Source of the DNA: a virus
Taxonomy: Duplodnaviria; Caudoviricetes
IMG/VR virus record: IMGVR_UViG_3300021255_001258
Location: 32,001-96,000 of that record
DNA: 64,000 nucleotides
Direction: 5' to 3' (one strand)
This document shows, piece by piece, positions 39,210 through 50,283 of this stretch. The translations under genes were made by a program, and so were the position numbers. Each line of letters starts with the position of its first letter. Within the stretch, counting starts at the first letter, position 1. The notes beneath the pieces are model-generated. The model saw only the letters and a list, made by a program, of their open reading frames with translations, did not search any database and was not told the origin of the DNA.

Positions 39210-39680
39210 TTATCGTGAAACCATAAGGTCAGGACGGGATAAAATAATATTCGCGTTCTGGACCAAAATTGGTTGTGTAGATGTATTTCTGACAGCGATT
39301 GTCTCACAACATCCTCTCCAGATCTGAGCATTTATAGCCCGAGAAACGTTGAAATATTGCTCAACCGCGGCAGGTGTCACAATCATAGTGGAAGAGGGAA
39401 TAGTAGAACCATCAATGGTGATGGCGACAGAAATCGGCTCAACGGTACCTCCTGTCGGAATGGCTATATTCGCTCCAAAATCAATGAGATACTATGCCGA
39501 GTTGTCACGGCAACAACGACATCTACATCCGTTATTTGGAACATATCCGGCCAACAGGAAATTTCCTGTGTCATCGCGATGTCTTACAAGACCACGATTG
39601 CACGGTACGGGTGCCTCGGTAAATATAATTGTTTCACCTGGATTTACTGTCTGAACGGCATTTGCACTATATTCAGCCAT
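39210..39680 (-). CDS. Cys-rich beta-sandwich hypothetical protein, 156 aa
   Basis: TAG 39492 read through to TAA 39210; GCRCRCCR, FGANIAIP, RGCC, VQNANI. Confidence 0.8.
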
Positions 39681-39696
39681 TTACATCCACCTCCAA

Positions 39697-40416
39697 TCAC
39701 GCATTAATTCCACAGCATCCATAACCATAATTCTGGTTACAGCAGTAAGGAGAAGGAACGGTATATGCGGGAATTGGGGTGGGATTGAGGTACTGCTCAA
39801 GAGCCATCGTCTGAGCGGCATTATCCGCCAGAATCTTAGCGGTCTGGGCATTCTGAGAGGCTGCAAGATTTGCCATTGTGAGCTGATTCTGAAGGTTAGC
39901 AATCTGTTCATTTTTAGCATCTATTTTATCCTGACACATCTGGTCAAGAATGCGCTGCGTACTTGCATTATTTGCGGTAATGAGATCTCTTAATGCGCTG
40001 TCTACGCTAGCACGGTCAGCGCAAGCTTCTGTAGCAACCTAGAACTGTACATCCTTGATTGCCGCTCTATTTTCGCAACAGCAATTCTGCTGTGCCATAG
40101 CGATGGTATTCATCTGATTGGTCAGATTGGCAAGTGTATTTGCTCTGGAGATTTCAGCATTAGCAAAACCATTAGCAACAGTATTGTTAATACCAGTAAG
40201 GCCAGACATGATCGCAGCCTGGTCGAATCCATTCTGAACATCACACTATGTTGCAAAACTGCCACCATTGCCGCCGAAACCATTTCCCCATCCATTATTT
40301 GCAAAAAGAAGAAGAATAAGAAGCCACCAGGCTCCATTGTTTCCGCCAAATCCATCGTTATTGTTTCCCATTACAGCTGCAAGATCAGCAGCGCTCATTC
40401 CATCCGTTAATGCCAT
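39697..40416 (-). CDS. Gly-rich/hydrophobic N-terminus, coiled-coil, Cys-rich tail hypothetical protein, 239 aa
   Basis: ATG 40416 with AAAGGAGG; GFGGNNGAWWLLILLLF, QNCCCENR, PIPAYTVPSPYCC; internal TAGs. Confidence 0.8.
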
Positions 40417-40462
40417 AATATTATCCTCCTTTATAACAGAAGGCCTTATCTTAACATTATTT

Positions 40463-40735
40463 TTATCGATTTGAATATAATTGATTTGCCAAATTTTCCG
40501 CAGTATTTATCTAATTTGCATTACCGTTCATGCTCAGATAATTTACAATTGCTTGCGGATTATTTCTGTACGGTTGCAAATCATTGTACTGCTACATATT
40601 AATTTTTCCATTCTAAAATAAAAGATCCAGGATTTTGCCCGGATCTCGTTTTAATTGCATATATTGATTCATAATATTGCCGACAGGAGAATTGTTTATT
40701 CGTCCGCCTAGCATATTAAACAATGGATTTGCCAT
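40463..40735 (-). CDS. Small Gln/Asn-rich protein, 90 aa, three TAGs; missing from the track
   Basis: MANPLFNML...LLF*NGKINM*QYNDL; start overlaps the upstream TAA. Confidence 0.75.
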
Positions 40736-41229
40736 TACTTCTGCACATCCTTTCTATTCTGATTACGAGGTTTTAACTCATTAATCCGTTTGTTAATAGC
40801 GGCGATTTGCGCATTTATAGCATCCAATTGCTCCTTGGTTGCATACTCAACAGTTGGTAAAGCTTCTGCTTTTTCCTCTGTCTTGTTATCCAATACATCA
40901 CGATTTTTATAATCCAAAATGGTCATTGAAGGCTTACCAGCCATATCAACAGACTTTATATAAATTGTCTGATTTTCACTATCCCAGAGTGCAATATTGC
41001 ATCCGTTCGGGACCATATATGACTTCGCCGCTGATTCACCTTGAACCCAAATTAGATTTGTATTATTTTGCTGCATTGAATTGTAAGATGGGAGAGCAGT
41101 ACTCTATTGCGGTTGGTACTGCTGATTCCACAATCTAGGAGTATACATTTGTTGGTTTACTTGTGGCATCCCCTGGTATCCTTGCTGTGGATACTATTGT
41201 TGAGGAAATGCGCCCTGAAATGTATTCAT
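40735..41229 (-). CDS. Gln/Pro-rich hypothetical protein, 164 aa
   Basis: Extended upstream through TAGs to ATG 41229; WVQGESAAKSY..LWDSE..IYIKS motif. Confidence 0.75.
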
Positions 41230-41230
41230 A

Positions 41231-41632
41231 TCACTCATTTGTCTCTTCCTCCTTGGTTATTTTCTCAAAATAATATGTGGGATTCATATCTCCGCTATCG
41301 AATGAATCATAGTAATATCCATTTATTATGCATACGGCATGGCTGTCTGTGCCCAGCACGAATGTGCCAACCGGATGGTCATTGCAAAAATCTATCACAT
41401 TATAACAAGAGATACATTTGCGTAATAATGAATGCTCATTAAAACCTTTCTGAATTAGATAATTACCCCAGACCTGATTCGATGATGGGAGATCAGACAT
41501 CATAAAACCCTATAGACATAATTCCGTATATGTTTTTTCCCACGTTTGACCTGTTGCTTTTGAAATTGCTCGTATGACACAATCACCCACATGTTTTTTT
41601 AAAGGATTTGGATTGTAAAATACAAAGCCCAC
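41231..41632 (-). CDS. Putative papain-like (Cys-His-Asp) peptidase-fold protein, 133 aa
   Basis: NPNP..VGDCVIRAI...HAVCII..YDSFDS; GTG start; one TAG. Confidence 0.6.
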
Positions 41633-41704
41633 ATCATCACCTCTTATGTTAATAAATAATTAAAATTATTCTTCCGGTGTCAGTTATTCTGTATCTTCCA
41701 GATA

Positions 41705-42136
41705 TTATATTTCTTTAATAATTATTTCCGTCCTCGGATTATCTTTGTCATAATCTGTTTTAAGCGTAAGAGAGAGAAGATGATCTCCACTGTCATCTGC
41801 AATAAATCCAGCCTCCGTGAATGAATCAAGAATAAATTTTGGCACGTAATTATCAGGATCAGCTCTACGCTTAGTTGGCATAAAAGTAGTGAATATCATT
41901 TCAAATTTTTCTAAATGCAGGTTATTAAGATTTTCTCTATTCATCCACCAAACGCCAAAATCTTTCCAACGCTATTTTAAATCGTTCATCTGTGGTCTTT
42001 GCATAATAAACCATTTATTAATAGATTCATGGCGAGGAGCCTATATTGGTTTCTTTCTGGCCCGTGGATGTTCTTTAAAATAAAAATCAGCATACTCATC
42101 AATGAGCTGCTGATCTAAAATTAATTTATATTCCAT
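41705..42136 (-). CDS. RusA-like Holliday junction resolvase, 143 aa (two TAGs)
   Basis: RRADPDNY..KFILD...FIADDS...NPRTEI motif. Confidence 0.8.
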
Positions 42137-42137
42137 A

Positions 42138-42236
42138 TTGACTTTTCCTTATATTCATGTATAATAAATTTCGGTAAATGATTTGTGTGATTCATTCACC
42201 TCAAGAGCGGGAGAGTAGTTGTCCTGCTCTTTTACA
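42138..42236 (+). ncRNA. Candidate small RNA (~65 nt) with its own promoter and terminator
   Basis: TTGACT-16 bp-TATAAT (42138-42165), then a hairpin and an AAGAGCGGGA/TCCTGCTCTT-TT terminator; no ORF. Confidence 0.45.
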
Positions 42237-43262
42237 TTAAATAAACGCCTCGTCCGATTCATCGTCTTCCGAATTGGTGATAATATAATGACCCTCTGTA
42301 GTTTCAACACTTTCATGACCCAGTAATTTCTGTGCTACCTTCGAAGACTTGTGATCATATAACACAAGGTTTGTTGCAATTGATTCCCTGAACAAATGAG
42401 GATGAACACGTCTTCCTACCAGTTTCGTAAGTAAACCAGAACACCAATCATTAAATGTACCATCTGATACCTGACGAACAGTTCCGTCCTTTTCTTTTAT
42501 TACAAACACATATGGACAGTCGTCTTCGCCGCGAACCTCCAGCCACTTCTTTATTGCTTTCATAACGTCTTCGCTGAACTTTAATTTCCGTGGTTTCCCA
42601 AGAACACTTGGACCTTTACAGCGAATAGTATGAGTTAAATAATATCTAGATATAACATTTTGTTCTTGTCCATCTTCGTCGATTATTTTCATTTCTTTCT
42701 CGATTACAGGATAATCAACTACTTCTTTAAGTAATTGCCGACTCTCTGCCCTACGACATCCCGTTCTATAACTAAACATAACCCAACAAAGTTTTTGCCA
42801 TTCTCCGAGTTCCTTTAAATCATTACAAAGCTTCTCGTATTCTTCTGGAGTCAACGGCTGTTTTTCGTGGACATAACCAGTTTTAACAACTTTCATACTG
42901 GATGTTACAAAACTTCTAAAGGTAGGATATTCGTCCTCGTAATATTCAACAATGAAATTACAAAATGAACTAATCACAGACTTTTTTATTTTAATCGCAG
43001 AATCAGATAAACCGCGATTTGTAAGCCAGTTAAGATAACGAACAAATTCTTTTTTCTTGATTTCAACACAATCTTTATCATTTAAATTTTCATATACCCA
43101 CCAGAAGAAAATACGTAAACTGCTTCTATATTGTATCTTCGATTGCTCACTTAATTCAATTTTATAATCAAGAAATTCCTATACCATATCCCGATTAAAC
43201 TTATTGACTTTCTCCCACATCTCGTCAGTTATATCATCAGATCTTTTAGCTATTTGTCCCAA
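42237..43262 (-). CDS. Tyrosine recombinase, 341 aa (one TAG near N-terminus)
   Basis: TGCRRAE, HPHLFR, LLGHES..TEGHY; TTG start with GAAGGTG. Confidence 0.9.
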
Positions 43263-43518
43263 TTTTATCACCTTCTTTCTGCTGTCCGCGCCTTGTCCAA
43301 AAATCATATGCTTCGTATGTCTCATCTCGTTTAAACACGAACAATACTACTTTTTTACCAGGATTTTTGCGATCATCCGAAATAACAACATCAACTGGAA
43401 CAATACCAAATTCATTTATATAGCAATCTACTTGCTGCAGGTTAAGTATTCGTACATAATCTTTGCTGAAATAATCATATTTTTTGCCAGAAATTCCGCG
43501 TTTAATATATTCTTCCAT
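43246..43518 (-). CDS. Hypothetical protein
   Basis: 90-aa ORF with GAGGTG RBS. Confidence 0.65.
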   Translation of the reverse strand: MEEYIKRGISGKKYDYFSKDYVRILNLQQVDCYINEFGIVPVDVVISDDRKNPGKKVVLFVFKRDETYEAYDFWTRRGQQKEGDKIGTNS

Positions 43519-43527
43519 AGCATCACC

Positions 43528-43920
43528 TCAGTCAAACCAACAAAACATTGTGTGATAATCAAATGTATCAGAAAATCTGAACACGTTCATATAATCCTGG
43601 AATTCATCAATGGATTCATGTGGTTCGCCCTTCTCAACGCCTTCAATCGAAATCCGGTAATCCTCACGTTTATCACTAACCGCATATCCGTGTGCCTTAT
43701 ATTTCGGATATCTCTGCATAAACTCATAAATCTCCTATATGCTCGGAGCAAGATTCTATCTTTCTTCTGGATTTACAAAATTCATTTCCAAAAGCTTGCC
43801 AAGAGTTTCGACGTCGAGATTATCGAATTTTCGGGTTCCACCAAACTTGTATGTATTCGGACGATATTTGCCAAATAAAATTTTATCGCGCATTACAATG
43901 TCTTTGTTTAGTTCTTTCAT
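43528..43920 (-). CDS. Hypothetical protein, 130 aa (two TAGs)
   Basis: Two track ORFs join in frame; AAAGGAG RBS. Confidence 0.7.
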
Positions 43921-44285
43921 AGTTATTCTCCTTTTTATCACAAACCGTAAAAAATGGGGAAACACAACCTATTGCGTGAATAAGCCATGCTTCCCCTATA
44001 TAGTCCAGTAATCTTGGATTACTGCTTCTTTTAATCAAATTCACAATTTTTGCCGTCTTGGCTGTATTTTTATAAAACCACTTGGCGTGGTATTGTTTTC
44101 GTTTCTTAATTCATATATAGTATATTTATTAAAAATCCATCTTCCGAATAGATATATTGCTTTATATATTTCCATATAAAAATCTAGTTCATTCATCATA
44201 TATTGTTTCTCCAAAAATAAGGGCGAGATAAATAACCCGCCCTTATCAAATAGGGCTACTGGCTATGACCCAAATAACCCCTAAA

Positions 44286-44678
44286 TTATTTCTTATAATT
44301 TTTATAATTGTTTTTAAAAGACTGTTTTGCGGCTGTAGAAACCTTCTCTTCAGTCTTCGCCTCTTGTTTTTCTTCAACAGGAATTTCTTCCTTTTCCGGT
44401 TCCTCTTCAGGAATGTCGAAAATTGCACGAATTTCTTTGGCAGCAAGAGATGTATATTTGAAAATCTTTTCAAGACTTTCAGGATATTTATTCATCTGTG
44501 CCTTCGCCTCGTCCTTAGTAATTTCTCCACCTCTATAGGCGTACCAGACTTTGCTAATTGCTAAACAATTTTCATCATGGAATAAAATTCTCCATGTTTC
44601 GTCCGAATTAAAACCAGGGCATGTTGGGCAGTACTCTTTTTGAGTTCCACACAACATACAAGTTCTCAGTTTTGCCAT
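44286..44678 (-). CDS. Zn-finger (CxxC..CxxC) protein downstream of major tail gene
   Basis: RTCMLCG..YCPTC; AAGGAGG RBS. Confidence 0.75.
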   Translation of the reverse strand: MAKLRTCMLCGTQKEYCPTCPGFNSDETWRILFHDENCLAISKVWYAYRGGEITKDEAKAQMNKYPESLEKIFKYTSLAAKEIRAIFDIPEEEPEKEEIPVEEKQEAKTEEKVSTAAKQSFKNNYKNYKK

Positions 44679-44749
44679 GATTAGTCCTCCTTTTTATCAA
44701 ATAAGGGTTGCCATTACAGCAACCCTTTCAATACTACGCTTTAGATTAA

Positions 44750-45900
44750 TCAAGCGGCAACGCCGGAGACAACGAGGTCCTCTTCTGGATAATAGATGTA
44801 ATAAAGTGCCTGCGCACCAGAACAATAATCAACGTTCAGGTTTCCAGAAAAGTCTACTTCCTGCGTCTCTGCATCGAGAGAGATTGTCATGGAAGGATCG
44901 GCTGCAAATCTCGGAATTACTACATAGCAAGGTCTCAGAGCATCCTGGCAAGGATCGCCCATAGCGCAGAACAGTGTAAGTTTCACCTGAGTAGGCAGAT
45001 CTTTCGTATTGTTCTGCAACATTGCACCAGCGGTAACACTTCTTTCAAATTTTACAAGATACTGAATCGGACCATTTTCAGTCCTAGCCGGAAGAGTAAT
45101 CTTGGTAGCAGCACCAGTACCAGAAATCAGAGCAGCGGCAGCTTCGGGAGTCATCGGAGTGTCATTAGCACCATTGCCATACAGACCGATTACACGCAGA
45201 GAAGCAGCGGTATACTCGCCGATTGTGATTTCAGCACCAGGCTCGTTAACAATAATCTTCGGCATTACAATTGCATTCTGAGCAGAAGCATAAGTAATAT
45301 CACTACCAGAAGATGCATTCAGGGCAGCCGGATGCAGAAGAGCATTGGTTGCTGTAAAAGTCTTTTATACCCTCGCTTTCGCGATATTTCATAAGGGAAT
45401 AGATCATATCATTATCCTTTTAGGATAGGTGGCACTTCGATTTAAGGGGTTTTCACCCACTAAGAATTTCACTTAGCCCTACTTCTAATGAGGAATTTCA
45501 CCTCCAATGGAATGATCGTTTAACCTTTCTTTTTGCAAGACTTGGCACAGGATTGCCATATCACCAACCATAATGACTTAGGTTTCCCCTGTTAGCCGAT
45601 TCATTAATTATCATTTCCTATAATTACTAAACGTTGAATCGACACCCTAGATGTCTAGGTTCACCACCTTATTCGAAAAGCATTACTACTTTAAGCGGCG
45701 AGAACAAAATGTTCACCGGTTTTAGTTCTGTATGTAGTTCTTATTACATTACCTTTCTTATCAGTAATATCAGTGGAATCAGCACTGATTTCGATGGAAG
45801 CGGAAGACAGCTGATCAAGAGCGTAAATGATATTGCCGTCTTTTTCACCAACTCCATACAGGATTTCGTCAATATAATGATTTCCTAACGTGAAGGCCAT
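44750..45900 (-). CDS. Major tail tube protein, spliced (exons 45900-45715 and 45361-44750), 265 aa
   Basis: Splicing restores ...YRTKTG|TFTATNALL...; position after neck genes; strong RBS and downstream terminator. Confidence 0.8.
45362..45714 (-). ncRNA. Group I intron (353 nt, no ORF) in major tail gene
   Basis: 5' exon ends in U, paired to G in P1 (CGGU/GCCG); terminal G; P3 AGGUGG/CCACCU; P4 ACAGG/CCUGU; P7 GAUCA/UGAUC. Confidence 0.9.
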
Positions 45901-46018
45901 AATATATATCCCCTTTCTTAATATTTGTGTATTAAAAAAGGACGCCGAAGCGCCCTTAGTTACAACGAATAATTATTATCCGTCAGCGACTATAACAAAT
46001 CTATAGCCGGAATAATCT

Positions 46019-46828
46019 TTATATATCTCTCATAAAATTATACTCTTCGGGTTTTATTTTCGACCCGTCAACAAAACCAGAGAACATTCCCTTCATAAGA
46101 GCAGTACTCTGTTCATATATTTGGAGCCTCTTTACGGAATCATAAAATTCCGCAACTCCGACTTCTTTCAGTTCTCGCAGTTTATACTTAAACCCGGGGT
46201 GATTAACAAGAGCGGAGATGACTGGCTATAATCCAGACTGCGGTTTCTCACTTTTCTTTTTTTTCGCCGCATTCTCCAAAGCACGCTTATCTTTAGTGAT
46301 ATACCACTGCTTCAAAATCGGATCATGCGTGATTTTTTCGTCTGGAAAAATGTTAAACATTGTCCGCAGATACTAAGCAAAGTGATTATATACATTTGCA
46401 TTAATCTCTATCTAATCCTCATCATCCCAGAGAATGAGTTCCTGCGTTTCCACAGAATCTTCAATCTCAGGATCCGCCGGAATAGTTTTCACCATCGGCT
46501 AAAATTTCTTAAAGTCCAAATCGCCAAACAGCAACTTTGAAACTTCGGGATCAATCTGCGAAGATAGCATAACAAACAGCTAAAAGTCCGGCATTTCTGT
46601 CCAGTCTAATCGAGGCTTCATTTCCCACAGCACCAACCTGTACTATGTCGTGTTGCAGATAAAAATATTCAAGGTCTGATAAAATCTTTCCTCTCCAAGC
46701 GCAACTATATCTCCAATAGTAGGAGACAACACCGTCACGGTTCCAACTGCATCTTCAACATCGATTACATACGGCTCTCCAAAATACATCTGGAGTCTGT
46801 CGAATTTAACCACAGGATTACGTGGCAT
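46019..46828 (-). CDS. Conserved hypothetical neck/tail-region protein, 269 aa (recoded)
   Basis: Open to TAA 46019 with TAG as sense; NHPGFKY and GMFSGFVD motifs. Confidence 0.75.
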
Positions 46829-47390
46829 TTATTTCCCTCGGGAATATTCGCGCAGAACCATTACGGGTCTTGGCAAGATTATTATCAGTCAGCTGTTCAA
46901 AGATAATTGTTCTTGTTGCATAATCATTATCTGTAACACTCGGCAAATCCGAAACGCAATGAATCTAATCTCCGAAGAGATTGCTCCAGTTGAAAATGTC
47001 CATGATTACCGCGCCAATCAAATCATGACGAGCAATTCCGGTACGTTTTTCAATATTATTTTTCTCTTCGCAGAGAATATAGAACGTAATCTGGAGCAAC
47101 TTCATTTTAGAATTATAACGTTCCAATTCTCTAAAGCCGATTTCATAGCATATATAATTCTGCACATTGTGCTGTGTGGGATGGATGAGATACATCGGCA
47201 GAATATTAACTCCAAGATAATCACTTGGATCTGCTTCTGAATCCTCTAGTTCTTTATTGTTGAGCAAGTATATAATGAGATCATTATCAATGAGAGATTT
47301 CTTTATTATTTCCTTGTATTTAATGTCGTCGGAATCGACATTTTTCTTCAAGTCAAGGAGTTTTTGGAGCTGGTCTTGCGTTAATTCCAT
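46818..47390 (-). CDS. Putative tail terminator/neck protein, 190 aa
   Basis: TAG 46965 read through; RHDLIG motif; synteny. Confidence 0.65.
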
Positions 47391-47405
47391 ACTTCATTCC
47401 TCCTA

Positions 47406-48858
47406 TTACAATGCAGATATTTCTACCTCTAACGAGGCTTCAGAATCTGCGGCAATATTTTTAACCAATAGTATTTTGCCTATGTATGAATCGTCACCGA
47501 GAAATTTAAAGCGCAACTTTGAATGATCCTCAAGATCGTAATATGTAACAATAGCATTTGATACCAATTTCCCGTCTATGCGGATTTCCCAAAGTCCAGG
47601 CTCGTGGTTTAGTAACTCCGTACCTTCCTCATCATAATAAGTGACAGTAAATGTTTTGGCCGAGCCACCAATTTTAATAACAGGTTTGCCGGAACAGGTA
47701 ATAACAGATTTTACAGAATCAGGAGTGGAGGTGTCATCAGAAATAGCAGAAGATGGAGCAATTTCATTATCATTCCAATCTGCCCACCATGCAGTAACAT
47801 TTCCGTCCTCGTCATAATCTGCCTTGAGCGTATGTTGATTTGCAAGTTCTTGAGTACACGTAAAAACAGCAATGCCTTTAGAGTTTGACCGATTTATTTT
47901 ACTAATCTGCCAAACCCTCGGTTCCGTTTTTACTGCTGCATCAATAACAAGGTATGTATTATAATATAAGTGTTCAGTGTCCCGATTCAATGGGAGCGCA
48001 AATTTGGTCTAATCTTCTGGCTGCTAGAAGCGGAAATCGACCCAGAGTCCGCTCAATTTGTTATCATAAGGTTTTTTATCCTTATTTCTTACTGTCACCA
48101 GTAAGTTCAGCATATGTCTTCTTCATATCTTTACTGACTTAGAAGTCGGACACTCGTGGAAGTATTATATTTATTCAACCTCTATGCGTTACAATACTTT
48201 ATAGCCTTTCGCAATCTATAAAGTTATCTCGGCGTTGTCTACTTGAGAGTTTCACCGATTTTGCCCGATTTTCACTTATAAGTTTCCCTATAAGGCAACA
48301 ATTTTTATTGTACGAATTCTGGCTTCTGCTAACTCCAGGAAATTCATAATACTTCCCGTTCTTAATCCATCTGAATACCTCGTCACACCGAAGTACCTCA
48401 TAAGTAGGGAACTGATTTTCATCCCTGTCGGCAGTAGCAACCACTAACCATCTGCGATATATTCCATCTTCTCCTTGAATCCAGACATAAAGTCCGACCG
48501 GATATCTTGCATTATACCGCTTCTTAAACACTTCATTATAATAATCAACAGCACACTCATGACCTGGACGAAATTGAATATGCATAGTGACTTCGTCCTT
48601 TTCATAGGTCTTCTTTGTGTGTGCAATAAACTTAATATCAATTGGAACTGGATTTGGATCTAATTCTGGATCAAATCCCTCTAGACTCAATCGATTTTCC
48701 GGCGTAGTATGATAGTAATCAAAGAAGTAACCGACCTGATACTAAATATCCTGCGTAAAGGTCGCATCCATAATCATATCACTCTACATTTTTCGCGCCC
48801 GCCCAGGAATGCTAGTCCCATTATGCATAGCCTAAAAATCATTGAAAGTAATTGCCAT
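47406..48858 (-). CDS. Putative head-closure/neck protein, spliced (exons 48858-48307 and 48053-47406) and recoded, 399 aa
   Basis: Splicing gives SRSQNSYN|SGLWVDFRF*QPED*TKFALPLNRDTE; C-terminal Ig-like part. Confidence 0.75.
48054..48306 (-). ncRNA. Group I intron (253 nt, no ORF) in neck gene
   Basis: Exon CAAU pairs with GUUG (U-G at the splice site); terminal G; P3 UCGGGCA/UGUCCGA; P7 GCAUA/UAUGC. Confidence 0.88.
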
Positions 48859-48859
48859 A

Positions 48860-49192
48860 TCAATCACCTTCCTTCAGCCGCATTATCTCGGATCCTGCGT
48901 CAAGGATAAGTTTGCGATATTTTTGCCATTCAAAACATTCACTTTCATACTCTTTGAGCGCCGCTTCGAGCAGACTCATTGTCTATACGACCTCCGGCGC
49001 TTCAAGCAAAATACTGTTTAGTCCATCGAGTTTATATTGCAGACTGCGAAATGCATCTCCAACGTTAATATCAGGATATGAATCCCTCGTCATTGGATCA
49101 ACATATAGCAGCAGAAAAAAGATAGATTTGCGGATAGAAAGTTTAGTAGAATGGATTTGAGTAGAAGAGTAGGAGCCATACTTCGTGGTCAT
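48860..49192 (-). CDS. Hypothetical protein, 110 aa
   Basis: TAG 48983 read through; YRKLILDAG; ATGA overlap with upstream gene. Confidence 0.7.
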
Positions 49193-49647
49193 GACTCACT
49201 CAAATATTGATTATTAATATATCCTCGGTCTCTGATAAGTTTGCGTAGGTCATTTTCGGCGCGGTGATACATGTCCTTTAATTCAGTCATGTGATTGGCC
49301 TAGCTGTAAAATTTTTGCTCCGAGTTTGAAAAGAACTGCGATGTCAACAGCGTTGAATTGTATTTGGGCCTAAGCCATTCAACCGTCATTCCGGTCGCAA
49401 TAAGTTCTTCCACAAAATCCTAGTCCTCCTCATCAGAAACGGGAAATTTAAGTTCATATTCAATCTACTCTACGTCTTCATCATTATCCAGCGTCGCAAA
49501 TAATCGCCGCACATACGGTTTTGACAACACCGATTTCATCCATCCATTCATCATATTTTCTACTAGTTTCTTTTCTAATCCTACAATATTATAATCTTCT
49601 ACTCGCAGATAAAACCGCGAGTAGATATCTTCATATTCAGAGGTCAT
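49189..49647 (-). CDS. Putative head-tail adaptor, 152 aa
   Basis: TSEYEDIYSRF...KFYS*ANH; two genes after the capsid gene. Confidence 0.7.
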
Positions 49648-49667
49648 AGGATATCACCTCCGGCGTG

Positions 49668-50249
49668 TTAATTTTTGAATTCAGCCAAAAGACTTAAATT
49701 TGTGCCAAAGAAGTCATCAAGGGCTTTAATCTTTGCAACGCTGTCCAGAGTGCCATCGCTGATAGCAGAAGCAGACATAACCTTGAGAGATTCTGCCGCT
49801 GTTTTCGGGAGCGCTCTTACTTCATCCATCATGCGGTCTGTCGGATAAGAGAGAATTGTTTCAAGATCAGAGAGAGTATAGTTCTCAGTGTAAAATTTCT
49901 TTAACTGAGGAAACTCTTCAATAAAATCCTCATCATCAATCATAAACCATGGACCAAATACATATGTAGACTTAACCCTTACAAGTGCAGCCAGATCAGA
50001 ATATTCTACTTCTGTAATGTCGCCGTACTGTACCCACTCATAATGCATATGAGTTTTCGGGCCTTCCATAAAAAGTCCGCCCTGAGTCACAGAACGACAG
50101 ACGATGCCATCATCGGCATTAAATACTTTCTTTGGATTGGTTTTTGGAACAACTTCCTTTACAGGCTTCGCTGTTTCGGCTTTAGCAGCTTCTACTTTCG
50201 GAGCGCCCGCTTTAGGAGCCGTTGTCCTCTTTCTTGTTGTTGTAGCCAT
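49668..50249 (-). CDS. Conserved hypothetical protein following capsid gene
   Basis: 193-aa ORF with RBS. Confidence 0.75.
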   Translation of the reverse strand: MATTTRKRTTAPKAGAPKVEAAKAETAKPVKEVVPKTNPKKVFNADDGIVCRSVTQGGLFMEGPKTHMHYEWVQYGDITEVEYSDLAALVRVKSTYVFGPWFMIDDEDFIEEFPQLKKFYTENYTLSDLETILSYPTDRMMDEVRALPKTAAESLKVMSASAISDGTLDSVAKIKALDDFFGTNLSLLAEFKN

Positions 50250-50283
50250 AATATATCTCCTTTTATTCCTTAATTATCAGAAA

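Noticed and set aside
44041-44199. 52-aa minus-strand ORF
   Set aside because: Only a weak RBS, AT-rich and no motifs; insufficient support.
48199-48306. C-terminal extension of track ORF 48199..48690 (and similarly of 45691..45900)
   Set aside because: These residues are read-through into intron sequence, not protein.
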